Shown: positions 30,301 to 45,300 of the stretch, one piece after another
How the letters are laid out: every line of letters begins with the position of its first letter
How positions within the stretch are numbered: position 1 is the stretch's first letter
Origin: an uncultured Clostridia bacterium
GTDB taxonomy: Bacteria > Bacillota > Clostridia > Christensenellales > UBA1242
Length of the DNA: 64,000 nt
Direction: 5' to 3'
Assembly: GCA_947625515.1 (NCBI GenBank)
Contig: CANQOO010000006.1
Location: 1,139 to 65,138 of the forward strand
The notes under the pieces: model-generated
What the model was told of the DNA's origin: nothing
What the model saw: the letters and a program-made list of their open reading frames with translations, nothing else
Databases searched by the model: none
Position numbers and translations under genes: made by a program

Positions 30301-33300
30301 CGGTTTCGACCTGAGCGAAAAGACCGTCCAAAGCATTTTTGGCAGCGACTCTCAACTGACGCGAAATATTTACGCACATTGGGTTGAGAAGCCTTTTGAC
30401 ATCACCTACAACGCGAACGGCGGCAAGTTTGACGGCGACAGCGAAACGCTGACCGACGTTGGCGTCACCAGCGACTATTACGGCAAAAAGAATTTGTATA
30501 ATCCAACGAACGGAGCATTATCTTTGGATGCGACTGTGAAATATGATACAAGCACGCATATGTTCAGTGTCACACGAGATAACACATCTGGCTCGGCGGC
30601 AATAAACTATGACTCTTCTTTCTTTACTGCATATGACGGCAGTGTTTTTGCACCTAACACCACCTACACCGCCGTGTTGAATGTCATCACATATAATGTG
30701 GAGCATTCAAGTTCTGCAACTGGGTCGGTGGCTGTTCACGTTGCAACCAATGGTTTGGACGTTGCCTATTTTGCCGGCACTGACGTTAGAATTTTAATTT
30801 CGGCTGTTGGAACTTATGTCCAAAGTTTCACAACAAGAGCGGATTTCTCTTCAATATCAAATAATTTGCGTTCGCTCGTCGCTGTCCCGACTGGCTTCAA
30901 CATCAAGAACCTGCAATTCAGACTCTCAATTTTCTTGGGCGACCTGACGAAGAGAATTGACACAAACAAATTTACATATGAAGCCCCAGGGGCGAAACCT
31001 GACATCGTCAATGCAACTGGCAAATTTTTGCCACAGCCGACAAGGGCAGGCTATGACCTTTTGGGCTGGGCAACCAAAAACAATGCCTCAGCAGCGGACA
31101 TCAACGTTGGCACGCAAATTTCCACAACAAACACTCTTTATGCAGTTTGGAAGCCGACTGAAAGCACAATCACATACAATTTCAACGGCGGTGACGCCAA
31201 GACAAGCACAAGCGGAGGGAAATATCCAAGTTCCGTTGGCTACAATATTGAAAGCAGCAACACGCTGTATGGCGACCAAGAAGTTGCTCGCACGGGCTAC
31301 AAACTTTTGGGCTGGAAGCCGCAGGCAAACAGTGGCAGTTGGCTGGCAAGCACAACATACAGTCCAAACGAAACCCTTCGCGGCAAGTATGGCAATGTCA
31401 CACTTGTTGCTCAATGGGAAAACATCTCAACGGACATCGAACTCAATCTTGTGCTGGGCGATTCAAGCGTGAAAGCAGACGCTGGACACAATGGTTACAC
31501 AAAACACAAAGCCACCTACGACAAAGAAGTGGAAAAAATCGGCACGGTTGTAGGCTGCCAAGACCTGATGGACAACAAATTCAGCAAGCCGTCAGGAGTG
31601 GGCGATGTGGCTGCTTGGAAAACAGGCTATAAACTTTTGGGCTTCTACACAAAAGAGGACGGCGGAGAGATGATTTTCAACGCTGACGGCACTGTTGTGA
31701 ACAAAGAAGTCTATGAAGGGACAACTCAGTGGCTTGGCAGGTCGGGCGGAAAGACTGTTTGGAAATATATTCCAACAAATGGCGTAGTGACATTGTATGC
31801 ACACTGGCAGGCGATTGAATATTCTCTCAAACTCGTCTTCGAAACGGGCATCGACAGAATGCACGTGCAAATTGTCACAGACGGCAAGACCACCCGCCAG
31901 GATTATAGAGAAGATACAACCATCAATGTGGCATATGACAGCAGCATCACCATCACTGCTTATGCAAAAGACGGATATCAAATTCAAGAAATGCAGGCGA
32001 AAGCCGGCAGCGGCAATTTTGCTCAGGTCAGCACCTCCACGACATACGAATACGAATTTAATTTCACAAATGCACTTTTTGGCAATGTTGCGGTTATGCC
32101 AGAGGCAGGCTCGGAGGCTGCGACTTATCAAGTGAAAGCTGTTGCAAAGCCATTGGATGTTGACTACACTGTGAAGGTTTATCGTCAGCAGCAAAATGGG
32201 GAATATTCCGCATCCACCGACATAACAGGCAACAAGGCTCAGGCGGACAGCAGCCTGACATTGAAGCAAGTGCAAGACCTTGCCGCAGCAAATGTTGGGG
32301 CAAGTTTGACGGCGTTTACATATGCTGGCAACAAATATTCCACAAAATCACGTCAAATTCCAGACATTTTTGATAATGCAAATTCATTTACTGTTCAAGG
32401 TGACGGGTCCCTCGTCATACATCTCTATTATTCCACAAAACAATTCACGATTGAATATGACCTTGGGCTGGCGGGTGCCAACGGGAAGTGGGTGAATGAC
32501 AATGCTGCAAGCCCGAAAAAGCTGCAAACTTACACCTTTTATGACGCCATTACCCTTCGCAATGCCGCTGATGTGCACTGGGCAGGTCATGTGCTTGTTG
32601 GCTGGAAGATTGAAAAAGCGGTCGGCACCTGGAAAGTGACCACAGAGCCATACGAGCCGGGACAGACTGTTGAAAAAGGACAATATGGCACTGACGGCGA
32701 AAACGTGAAACTTATTGCCGTTTGGGATATGGAGGAATATTCCATCTCATATGACGTCGATCAAGATGACGACAAGACCGGCAAGTGGGCAGCTGGCTAC
32801 TCCGCTCCGAAAACCTATGCATTTGGCACAGAAACAACTCTTCCTGTCGGAAGCAATGTTGAGCGTGCGGGCTACACATTTGACGGCTGGACAGAGCAAA
32901 TTTTGCTTGACGAGTGGCATTCCGGCAAAATTGTGGACGGTCAGTTTGTTGCGAACGGCACGGGTGATGCGGGCGTATATTCCAACGCTGTCACCTTGCG
33001 GGCAAACACCATCTACACCCTTGTTGACAGTGGCTCGGCAAGTGTCGCAGGCTGGAAAATTTACATTGCATCAAAAGGCACTTGGCTTAACGCACCGCAG
33101 CAAATTTCAATTTCGGGCGACGCCGGACAAGAATTTGTTGTGTATGTGGTGTTTGAAGGTGGGCTGGAAAATGCCACCAGGCACGACCTCAGATTTGTCA
33201 ACGACAACAAAATTGCCAAAATTTCGGATGCCGCAATGGGCAATCGCTATTATGTCGGCACTTGGCTGAAAAAGAACATTGAAGTGCTTATTGACCTGAA

Positions 33301-36300
33301 CGATGCAAGCAAGGGGCATGGCTCCACGCTTGCAGAACTTGCTGGCATTGACGACAGATTTTACATCAAATACGACACCACATTTGCATATTCAAGCAAG
33401 AGCAGCGATTCGCCTTTCACCCCTCTTCCAACGCGACCGGGATATGCTTTTGCTGGCTGGTGGACAACATCCGGTCATGACGGCAATGCCGGCAAGCAAG
33501 TGACAGACGACCGCGGCTTACTTTTGCAAGAATGGAACGAATCGTGGATTTCAGGTGCAAGCGTGGACGGCAAAGTGACGCTTTTTGCACGCTGGAAAGC
33601 AAACACCTACATCATTTCGCTGGCAGAAAACGGCGGGCATATGATTGACTACACCGCACGCAGCGGACTGACAAAAGAACCTGGCACAACATTTATGCTG
33701 GAAGCCACCTTCGACCAAGAAGGCGTGTTTGATGCGACACTCTATCACGAAGGATATTATTTGTCGCTGCAAGGATGGCGGGTTGCACTGGTGGAGAATG
33801 CTGACGGAACCAGCGGTTCACCTGGAAGCATCACCAAAGACGGCACCATCACCAAAAAATCTAGCACGGACCTTACGCACATCGACTGGACTTGCTCCGG
33901 CACAACAATTCTCAATCTTGCCTACTCCGGCAGAGTGGTGCTGGAAGCAGTTTGGGCACCAGAATTTATCACCATCACACTTAACCCAAACAAAGAGGCA
34001 GGACAAAGCAGTGAAGCCACAGTGCCAATTTCGACAATCTATGTCAAGACGGATGCCGCTTTCTCGACCGCAGTGAAGGACATGGAAAAAGCGGACAGTG
34101 TTGTGGGGCTTGTGAATCCAAACACCCGCGTGGGATATGAATTTAAGGGCTGGTATATCATTTCAAAGAGCGGCAAACAGCTGGAAGTGACCAGCTCCAC
34201 CGTCATCACGGACGATACAGATTCGGAATATTTCGTTGACAACGTGACAGATTTCGATTCGACAAAACTTAAATATTCCGCCACAATCTATGCTCGCTGG
34301 GAAGCAAAGATATATGATGTAGTGTATGAAACAAAAGACAAGGACGGACAAATTAAATCGCATCGCATTGCAGATGCAATAACTTTTGACGGCGAATATA
34401 AACTGCTTACAGAAGCCGCGGTCATCGCTCTTGGCGGCTGGACGGAAGAAGATGTGAAGGGCTGGACATTCCTGTCTTGGAAGCCTCAAAATCCTTGGAC
34501 AGGCAGCCAAGCGACATATGATGCCGGCACAACGCTGACGGGTTATGCATATGACGGCGACCTTGTTCTGCGGGCAGAAAGACAAGAAAACACCTATCTT
34601 GTTGTGTATGATGCAGACGACGAAAAACTGCTCAGCACTGCAACGCCAATTTCGGGCAGCGAAAACCCTGTCACGAAACAGTTCTTATATTCTGCAAGTG
34701 TGGATTTGTCCAGCAAATACAACTTGCAAGGCTACACTTTCGACCACTGGGAAATTGAAAGAAATGGCAAACGCTTGACCGTTGTGACAGAAGTGACGGA
34801 CGAGGGCAGCCAGATTCTCAACACCCGTCTTGTGGAAGGCACAATCAGCGGCAAATTTGAAACTGAGGGCGAGACAAAAATCACTCTCTATGCCGTTTGG
34901 ACGCCTGCACAGGTGAATGTGACATTATCTTATTATGGTCAAACAATTTCTGCGGCAAGAAACACCGTCACAACTTGGTCGAAAGACAATTTTGTGCTGA
35001 TTCAAGAAAGAACTGACACCGTAAAACTTGACACCGGCACAAATTTAAAGACCATCCTTGAAGAGGACATCAAAAAAGACAGCCCGCTTTACTTCAAAAA
35101 CTTCACCGGCTTCACAAAACTTGGCATGCACGAGGCAAACGGCAAAGCGGACATCATCGTTCAGCCAGACGGGTCGCTGCATGTTTATCTGCTCTATTAT
35201 CGCAACGCAAATAACTTGAAAGTCAACTTGGGCGAAGGCATTTTGAGCGTCACAGCACAATATGGCGGCTCACAACAATCAGGAAGTGTGGCGTCGGGCG
35301 TTGTCACATTCACGGGGATTTTCTTTGAAGAGACCGTTGTGCTGTCTGCAAAACTGGATGCGGGCTATGAAAGTGCCACATTTGTTCCAAAGAAGCCAAG
35401 CACTTTGTCAATTGCGGAAAACTCCTTCACAATGCCTGATGAGGAAGTGCAAATTGATGCTCTTCCAACAAAAGGACTTGTGTCTTACAGAGTGAATTTG
35501 TTCACGATGGGCTTGGACGGACAGACCTACTCTTTGCATCAAACCTTCACCCGTCAAGGCACACTGGGAAGCACAATCACCATTTCGGCTGCCGACTTCC
35601 TGCTTGAAGGCTTCACATATTTTGCTGGACATTCGAGCAATCACCTCACTGACACGTTGCAAGCGAAGTTTGGCGAGGACGGAAGCGTGGTTGGCACAAC
35701 CGAATTTGCACTTTACTACACACGCAACCAATACACAATCACAATCGATGCCAAGGGCGGAACATATGACGACGACGGCACCATTTCCACAAACCCAGCA
35801 TTCGACAAAACAACAAATCAATATAAAAATGTATATTATGGTGCAACCATAACTCTTTCTGTGCCAACATATGCGGGCAGAACATTTGTTGGCTGGACAA
35901 AAGGCACAGGCAGCGTGGGCGACATTGAAGAAAATGTGTTCACCGTTGGAGCGGGTGCTGCAACACTTTCGGCTCAATGGATTGAGAGATATTATCAACT
36001 TGTCCTGGATGTTGGCACACCGTCAAATGTTTATGTCAGATTTGGCGACGCCAATTTGTATCGCACGCTGGACGGCACACCGACGTCTTACACACTTAGG
36101 GATGTTGTTGTTCCAACCGCAACAAAGACTGGATATCGCCTTGACGGCTGGGATTATGTGCAAAGCGGCTCGGCAAATGTGCATGTCATTGACGGAAACG
36201 GCAGCTTGCAACATCTTGCCACACAATTTACGGACGCAAGTGGTAAGTGGACATATGTTGGCACGCTGGAAACAATCAACTTGACGGCTCAGTTCAGCCC

Positions 36301-39300
36301 TATTGAAATTGAGGTTACTTTTGACAAAAATGTGAAAACATCTTATCCAACCGACAAAGTGAGCGGCATGCCGCAAACAATTACGGTTGTGTTTGATGAT
36401 ACATATGGCGGCGGCACGGCGGGCGATGGCAAGAATGCGGCTGTCTTCACAAACGGCCCAGAAAGAAGCGGCTATCAATTCTTGGGCTGGTTCTTGTCAG
36501 AGGATGGCACCGACCAAATCACTGCAACCAGCAAGGTTGACAAAACCACCTCGCACACACTGTATGCACACTGGGAAGCACTTGAAAACAATGTCACCTT
36601 CAATTTTGAGAACATCCAAAAGCCGACAGGCGAGCAGAAAGCAAAATCGCACGACAAAGATTTTGAGTTCACTTTGCAAGCGGAGCCTGGCTTTGGACTG
36701 CCTGGAAGCATCCGCGTGGAAATTGCTGGCGAGTTGATGACAAACGGCGTGGGCTATGACTATTCTTCCGAAACTGGCTTGTTGACAATTCATAAGGAAT
36801 ATATCAACGGCGACATCATAATCACCGCAGCAGGTGTTGCAGGTGAAAACAAGGTGAAATTTGATGTCAAATTCTTGACGGCGGAAGGTGAAAACAACGC
36901 CGTGAGTGGTCAAGAATATGTTGCAACACTTCATCGCGTGACCGGCTATGATTTGCCTCAGACCATCACAATCACAATGGAAGGACATGAGGGCGAACTT
37001 TCCGTTGGCACACACTATTCATATGAAATTGCTGCTGACGGCGAGTCTGCAACAATCACCATCAAGCAAAATGTCATTACGGGCGATTTGACAATCAGTG
37101 CAACAGGCGTTGTCAGAAAAGTTACCGTCACATTCAATGCAAATGGCGGAATGGTTGGCGGCGAAAAACAAATTGTTGTCAAAGATGTGGAATACGGAAC
37201 AGCAATCACGCCATTCCCGGCACAGCCGACATGGGACGGATATGATTTTGTGGATTGGTATCTGGTCGGCACGGCCCCAGCAGTTGGACAAATCCCAACA
37301 GCCACAAAGTTTGATTCTTCCACCACTCTTCAAGGCAAGGAGTGCGAGCAAAACTTCACACTTTATGCCGTTTGGCAATATTTGACCGTTCAAGTGAACG
37401 TTGTCAATCGCTCCGGCAACGGATATGAAGGCAAGGTCAGCGGAAATGTTGACGGAATGGAGCCATTCACCAGTGCGTCACTGCATATTGACCAGGTTGT
37501 CACCCTCAGCCACACAGAAAATGAAGGCTTCACCTTCAAAGGCTGGAAAATTTCCATAAATGGCGAAGAAAGCGACTTCGCGGACGATTCATTTGAAATT
37601 GAGGCCACTCACGTGATGGATGGCGGCACAATCACCTTCACCGCTTATTACACCATTGTTGGCACAATTTTGGTTATCACCGACCAAGAGGTGGACCCAG
37701 CAGGCGGCTCCGCAATTTTTGACGGCGAATCAAGCGTCAAGACAATCGACTTTGAGGGGCCAAATCAAACTGTCAATGTGACAGCCACCGCACAGCATGG
37801 ATTCAGTTTTGTCGGCTGGTTCGCAGACGCGGATGCTCTCAATCCTGTCAGCCCAAATGACAAGGCAAGCGGGGCACACGTTGTTGGCGGGGGCGGAAGC
37901 TTCACAATCTATGCCAAATTTGTGGCAGTGAAATATTACATCACTTATCAGGCGGGCGAAGGTTCAATTTTGCCAGACATTTTGGATGAACATGACAGAA
38001 AAGAGTTCACCGTCAAAGACAAAATTCAACTTCTTGACCAGCCAAACATTTCTCTCACAGGCAGAAAACTTGTGGGATATGACATCACTGTGGCACAAGA
38101 GGGCGAAGAATTTGAAAATTGGACGACCAAATTTCCGGGCAAACGCATTTCTCGCACCGACGACGGTTTTGATGTTTTGGAAGCAATGTATGGCGACGTC
38201 ACACTGACGGCAGTTTGGGAGGCAGAAACTTACACGCTCATCCTCAACACCAATATTGCTGCAAACACCACTGGAAAAGTGACAATCGAGGACAACATCA
38301 GCGAAATCTCTGTCAAATATCTTGACAAATATGAAAATGCGACAGCAAACGGCAAAAAAGTTGGGCTTCTTGCGGGCAAAGTTAAACGCACGGGCTATGA
38401 TTTTGTGGGCTGGTCGCTGACCGCAAGTGGAGAAAAAGTGCTTGCCGAAAGTGACACAGTGGAAATCACCTCAAATGGCATACTTTATGCCGTTTGGCGT
38501 GCCGCAACAAGTGAATATCGTGTGGAATATTGGCTGGAAGATTTGGACGGGTCATTCCATCTGGACACATATTATGATTATGTGACGTCCCATTCCACAA
38601 CTGATGAAAGAAAATACACCACCACAACCGACACCACCGCAAAAATTGTGCAAGAAACTTTCTTTGGCTTTGAACTTGACTTGACTCATGAAGAGGACGG
38701 CAAAGTTGCGGCTGTTGAGAGTGGCATTGTTGTGGCAAATGACGATGGCAACATGCTTGTTTTGAAGCTTTATTACACCCGTCTCAGTTTCACTCTCAGC
38801 GTGACACTGCCTGCAAAAGGTGTGGAAAGTGCAACACTGACAGAATTTGCACAGGACGGCACTGCGTCCGAGCCTAAGCAAATCACAAGCACACAAAATT
38901 CTTTCTCAATCAAATATTATCAGTCCCTCAAACTTGATGTTGTCATTGCGGATGGATATGAATTTGGCGGCATTTATCAGGGCGGCGAAATTTGGTCAGA
39001 CGCAACAAGCAAGACATTCAATTTGCAAGGCGACCTCAATTTGCGAGTGACAATCGCCGGCACAGAAATTGACTATTCTGTCAGGTTTGACTATGAAAGC
39101 CTTACACAGGCAGGGACTTTTGCGGCAAAATCCACAAAAACGGGTTTGAAGGCGGAAATTGACACCCGCGTTGGCTATGCCGATGTGGAAAATGTCATCA
39201 GGGAAGAGCTGCAAAAAGTCGACGCGAAGGGCTTTGAATATGACTCTCTGACAGAAATTGTCATTGGTGCAAAAGAAGAGCAAAATGTTGTTGTTGTCAA

Positions 39301-42300
39301 ACTTAGACGCATCACATATACCTTGACACTTAACAAAGAAAGTCTTTCGGACGAAAGTTTGGACGACTTCACGGCAGAGATTGTCAGCAGTCTGGACAGT
39401 GCCGCATTGAAGGAAACAACTTCTGGCACAAACAGGACATATGCCGTCAAATTTGGTGCAGAAATCAACCTTGTTGTGAAGACCAAAAATGGCTATGCAT
39501 TGGCAGACTTCCGTGCCGACCCAGAGACAACAATCGTCAAAGGCAGCGAAGCACAAGAAAGCATGTGCTTTACAGGCACCTTCACTTTGCAAGAAGATGT
39601 GACAATCAGCGTGGAACTCACTCCGCTGGATAGAACTTTTGCCATTGAATATTATGTTGAAAAGCTCAATTCTTCTGGCGAGGGCGACAAGGAAAATGAC
39701 TATCAGTCAGCGGACGACGAAATCCTTAAAGACGGCACCAAAGTTTCTGAGGCTTCTGACCACAAGACTGGCGTTGGCAAGACGGGGATGTCTCCGTCGC
39801 TCTCTGCCAGTGACTTGTTGGAAATTGTCGGCTTCACATATGAATCATATGAAGCGGACGGCGTTATCAAGGCGGACAACACTTCGATTGTGAAAGTGTA
39901 TTTCAAGCGTGACACAATCGACCTCACCGTTTCCATGACGGAAGGCGTGAAAGATGTCACTGTTTCCACAGACTATGCCGTTTCAAAAACGTTCGACTCC
40001 ACAGGAGTGTTCAGACTTAAATTTGGCGGCACGGCAACATTCTCTGCGACCTTGTCACATGACGGATATGAGCTTGCTGGTTGGAGCAAAGACGGCGGCG
40101 ATTTGCAGAAAAATGCCACCTATTCCATCACTGCTGGCACAGTGATTGATGGTGAAGAACACAAAATCATGCCAGCGGCAAGCATCCAGGCGGTTGCACA
40201 AGGCAAAACTTTTGTCATCACATTCAAAAAATTTAAAACAAGCACAGCCAAAGAGGAAATAAGCACACAAAACGTTGTGTTCAATCAAAGGACGTCACTG
40301 GACCCGAACCCATTCAAAAATGACGGATTTGGCTTTGTTGGCTGGGATATGCTTGACGAAGAGGACAACCTTTCGATTGGCACATATTCCAACATGGCAG
40401 ACTTCACTTTGACGGAAGCAATTGGTGCAAGAAATGTCACCATGGTTGCCAGATGGAGTGCGGTGATATATAAGGTTAAATATGACCTCAACGGTGGACG
40501 CCTTAAAGAAGACGCCGACATTGGTCCAACTATGCAGGGCGAACTTGCGGCAGAATTTGAGGTGACCTTCACAGAAGAGGCTCACCCGCTTTTGAACGGC
40601 AAGGAAAATCTTGTTCGCAGTGGGCACACTTTTGAAGGCTGGGACGTTGTCATTGAAGGCTCCGTCAGCAGCACTTTGGCGGTGGATGCTGACACCTTCC
40701 CTCCACTTTCTTCTGTGGCAGGACAACTTGTCACATTGCGGGCACGCTGGAAGGAGCACACCTACACTTTGGTGTATAACTCCAACTATTCCACACAAAA
40801 CCCAGATGTAAGTAAAAAGCCTGCTGACGAGACGCACATTTTCTCGACAAGCATCAAATATTCGGACGTTGTCACAATCTTGGCGGCAGCAAATGATGAC
40901 TGGACTTTTGCTCTGACGGGCTACACTTTTGCGGGCTGGTCGAAGGATGCTGGCAGCAAGACTGCACAATTCAGCAGCGGCGATACTGTCAGCGACAGCA
41001 GCCTTGTTGGCGAAGACTCAGCGGACGGCATCACTGTGACTCTCTATGCCGTTTGGACTCAAAAATCTTACACCATTCTTTATGACAAGAATGACGATGA
41101 CGTCTTTGGCGATGCCGCTGGGCAGGTGACAAGCCACACGGCACTTTATGACCAAAAAGTTGTGCTTAAAGGCACTGGCAAGGACGGAGACATTGGCTTC
41201 ACGCTGGTGGGCTATAACTTCTTGGGCTGGGCAAAATCCGCAGACGCAACAGCGGCAGAATTTGTGCTGCAAGGCGGCGAGTTTAAGCAGGTGGCTGGCG
41301 AAGGCTATATCGACGTCATCAACCTGGCAACTGGCGAAGAGGAAGACCAGTTTGTCACACTTTATGCTGTTTGGGAGGCAATCCAATACACAATCACCTA
41401 CAACGCTGGCGTTGACGGACACTTCACAGACCCTCAAAACGAGGCGGCTCAAAAGGTTGTGGTGACTTACACCATCGCTGAGAAGGTGACCCTCTTGACG
41501 GATGCGGACTTTGAAAAGCAAGGATATGTTTTGACAGGCTTTGAGCTGGAAGTGGCGGAAGGAGCGGACGGAAACTGGAAGAAAACATTCAGTGGAACCA
41601 TTCCGCTTGGCAGCGATGTGCCGGAAGGCACATATGGAACTGTCACTTTGAATGCCGTTTGGCAGGCGGACGACTTTACATTGATTGTTGAATATGTTTT
41701 GCCTGAGGGGGCAAGCTCGGCAAAGCCTCAATCACACACCCAAACGGTGAAATATGAAGAGGCGTTCTCTGTGACCTCGCCGAATGTGGATGGCTACACC
41801 GCCAAAATGGCAGAAGTTGTTGGAACGATGAACTATTCATCCTTCCCAGACATCGACTTTGAGCACAAAACCCTCACAATCACTGTGGAATATTCTCCAA
41901 ACCGATATGAAATTCAGTTTGACCTCAACGACGCGGCAGGCTCGTCAAGGGCAACGCCGCTGACAAGAGCGTCGGTGTTTGTAGATTTTGACAGCACTTT
42001 TGCTGATGCTTATCTTTGGGACGAAGCGAATTCCACAAAATCTTCAGCATATGGATTGGAAAAACCTGGACGCACGGGATACGTGTTTGACACCTGGATG
42101 TTTGACGGCATCAAGATTGACAACGGCACAAAAGTGACAAAAGATGTGCTTTCAGGCGTGGCAATCGGTTCTGTCACAACACTTGTGGCAACTTGGACGG
42201 CGGAACAATCTCAATTTAAAATTCGCATCGGATTTGAAAAACTTGACGGCTCTGACTTTGATTTTGAAGAAGATAAGTTTGGCGACGCAACCACCGACCA

Positions 42301-45300
42301 AAACATTTCTGAGGCGGAAGTGCTTGCTGCTCTTGAATGGGCAGCAATGAAGCCGGAGCCGGGCTATGAGATGCCAACCATGGAGATGACAAATGACGGA
42401 AAAGCGGTGGCAAATGTTGGCGACGCAATGACTGTTGTGACAATCAAATATAGGCGTGCAAACATTTCCCTCACGCTGACCAAAGACGCGGCAGACGTTG
42501 ACATCACATTCTACGCCGAAAGCACAAACACCGCAGGAGAAGTGCAATACATTCAAGATTTGCATAATGGACAATATTTGGTTCGCTTTGGTGCCACCGT
42601 TGTTGTGCATGCAGAATCTCACAACTTGGGCTATGAAATTTCCTTCACAAGCATTCCGCAAAACAGCGGCTGGAAAGAGGAAATCTCTGGTGCAACAGGC
42701 ATGGCAACATTCACAATGGGCAGCGAGGCGACCACAATCACACTTGCAAAACAAAAACGAGCATTCACAATCACATATCACAACTTGAAGAATCCTTCCG
42801 ACAAGGTGCAAGTTCAGGGAAATGATGACGACAAGATTTACTATGACACAGAAGTGCAGTTGCTTTCAAATGAAACTATCGGCTTCACATTCGCAGGTCA
42901 TCACTTCATTGGCTGGTCAACGCAGCCGGACGGAGGAAAAGAATATGAAGCTGGGGGAACATTCATCCTACACACATATCCAGAAAGTGGCAACGTGGAT
43001 TTGTATGCTGTTTGGGAAGCGGGCGGACATCGCATCACCATTTCGGTGACCGCCGGCATTGAAACAAGCGGGCTTGACATTGTTGTTGGCGAGCAGACCT
43101 ATCATTTTGAAGATGGACAAAACAGCGTTTCCGTTTCGGTCAGATATGGCGACACGCTGACGCTGACTTTGACGGATGAAAACATCAAGGGCGGATATAA
43201 ATTTGACGGCTTTGTTGTTGGCAGCGAGGAGTTGGACAAGACATTGATGAGTCTGTCGCATCTGGTTGTCGGCGATGAAAGCATTCAAATTCGTGCTGTC
43301 GCAATGACGACGCCATTCAAGGTGACATACAAAGTTGAAAATCTCGCACAAAACGACTTTGAGGTCTATGGCGAGTCGGTTGTGGCATATGGCACCACCG
43401 ATTCAGTAATTTCCACACTTGCCGATTTAAGCGAATTAAAGACTTCATCAGGCGGACAAGTGCTTATTGCCATCCCTGGCTTCGACCCATTGAGATTGCA
43501 AGAAAGCGTGCAAATTCTCTATCAGGCAGACGAAGATTCTTACAGCGAAGTTGTCATTCTCTATCGCCGCCTGTCCTTCACTTTACAGTTGGACACCACT
43601 GGCGTTTTGGGTATTGTTGACTTCCAGCCGCAAGAAATAGAGGGGCAAATCAGCCCAATGGATGATTCAAACACCAAAACATATTCCATCTTGTTTGGCA
43701 GCAAGTTCAATTTGCTTCTTGGCGTGCATGCGGGATATGAATTCAAGCCATTTGATTTTGAAATCACTGTCATTTCACAGGACGGCAGAACGCTTTATGT
43801 GCTCACGGATGACGACATACAAAAAACTGCAAACAAATATGTTTATTCATATGAAGGGAAAGAACTTTTCAGCCTCAGTCTCACAGAAAATGAGAGCGGA
43901 AACTTCACCTTCGAGTTTGACAGCATGCCGGCATACAGGCTGATAATGAAGCCGAAGACATCTGCACGCGACTTTGTTGTGACCTATCACAAAAATGATG
44001 GGCAAGAGCCAGAACAGACCCTTTCTGGCTCCGTCACATACGGAACACCATTTTCACCAATGGATTTTGCCGACACAGGTTGGCAAAAAGACGGTTATTC
44101 CTTCGTTGGCTGGGCGTTCTCGCTTTCCGACCTTGCCGCAGATGAACGCGGAGAGCTTGTGGTGTATGATTTTGCATCGGATGCAAACCTGACGCCAAAC
44201 TTCTTATATTCTCAGCCAGTGCACCTGTATGCTATCTGGCAGGCAGGCACGGCAGAATATCATGTGGAACATTATTATCAACAGCTTACTGGCGACGATT
44301 TGACTGCCGATTTCACTTTGGAATATACAGACACAAACTTTGCTCATGTGGACGACTTTGTGACAGTCAGTGAATATCACAACAAGAACGGATTCGTGAT
44401 TGACGAAGTTCGCTCCATATTCTCCGGCACTGTCATTGAAAATGTCGGCGAAGGAGAAAAGATGACGATGTTGGTGCTTAAAGTTTATTATCTCCGCGAC
44501 ACCTACACCGTGAACATCACATATGACGAGGGGCTGACCGGCGTGAAGGTTTCCGAGCGAGATTTTGGCATTGTCAGCCAAAGTGCGGATGCCGAAAACA
44601 GAACACTTACGTTGCAAGTGCTTTACGGAGTGAACATTGGCTTTGAAGAATGGACATATGCGGAAGGCTATGAAAACGCTCAAATCAGCGGAGTGGCACT
44701 GAAAGAAGACAACACCTTTGATGTGCCTTATCTTGCAGAAAAACGCTTGGATGTTTATATAACCACTTCAACAAAATCGTTCACCTTGTCATATGAAGGC
44801 GGCGACCGTGAAGATGGCACAGTTGAAATTGAGGGCAGCATGTCCAGCGTCAGTGTGAAATATCTTGACAGCATCACCCTTTCGGAGTGTTTGTTCACAA
44901 GAGAAGGCTACACTTTTGCAGGCTGGGAGATTGACGGAGAGATTTTTGATGCTCAGACGTCGTTCTCAATTGACCTGCCAAAAGACTATGTCGCAAAGGC
45001 AACTTGGACGGCAAATTCTGGCATATCATGGTATGTGGATGTCTTCTTGAAAGATATCTCTGGCAACTATGCTCAGCAAGACGGGGCTGATGTTGCCAGC
45101 CGCAGCGTTGCTATGAGCGGCAGCACAGACGAAATCATCACCCAAGAGGCGGTGATGTCGGCATTTGCCGGATTTGCCGAAGCGGAAGGATTTACATTCG
45201 AAAAAATCACCGCTGAGGACGGAACACCATTTGACGACAAAGTGCTGAGAATCAGCCCAGACGGAACAACTCACGTGAAGGCATATTATGTTCTTAAATC

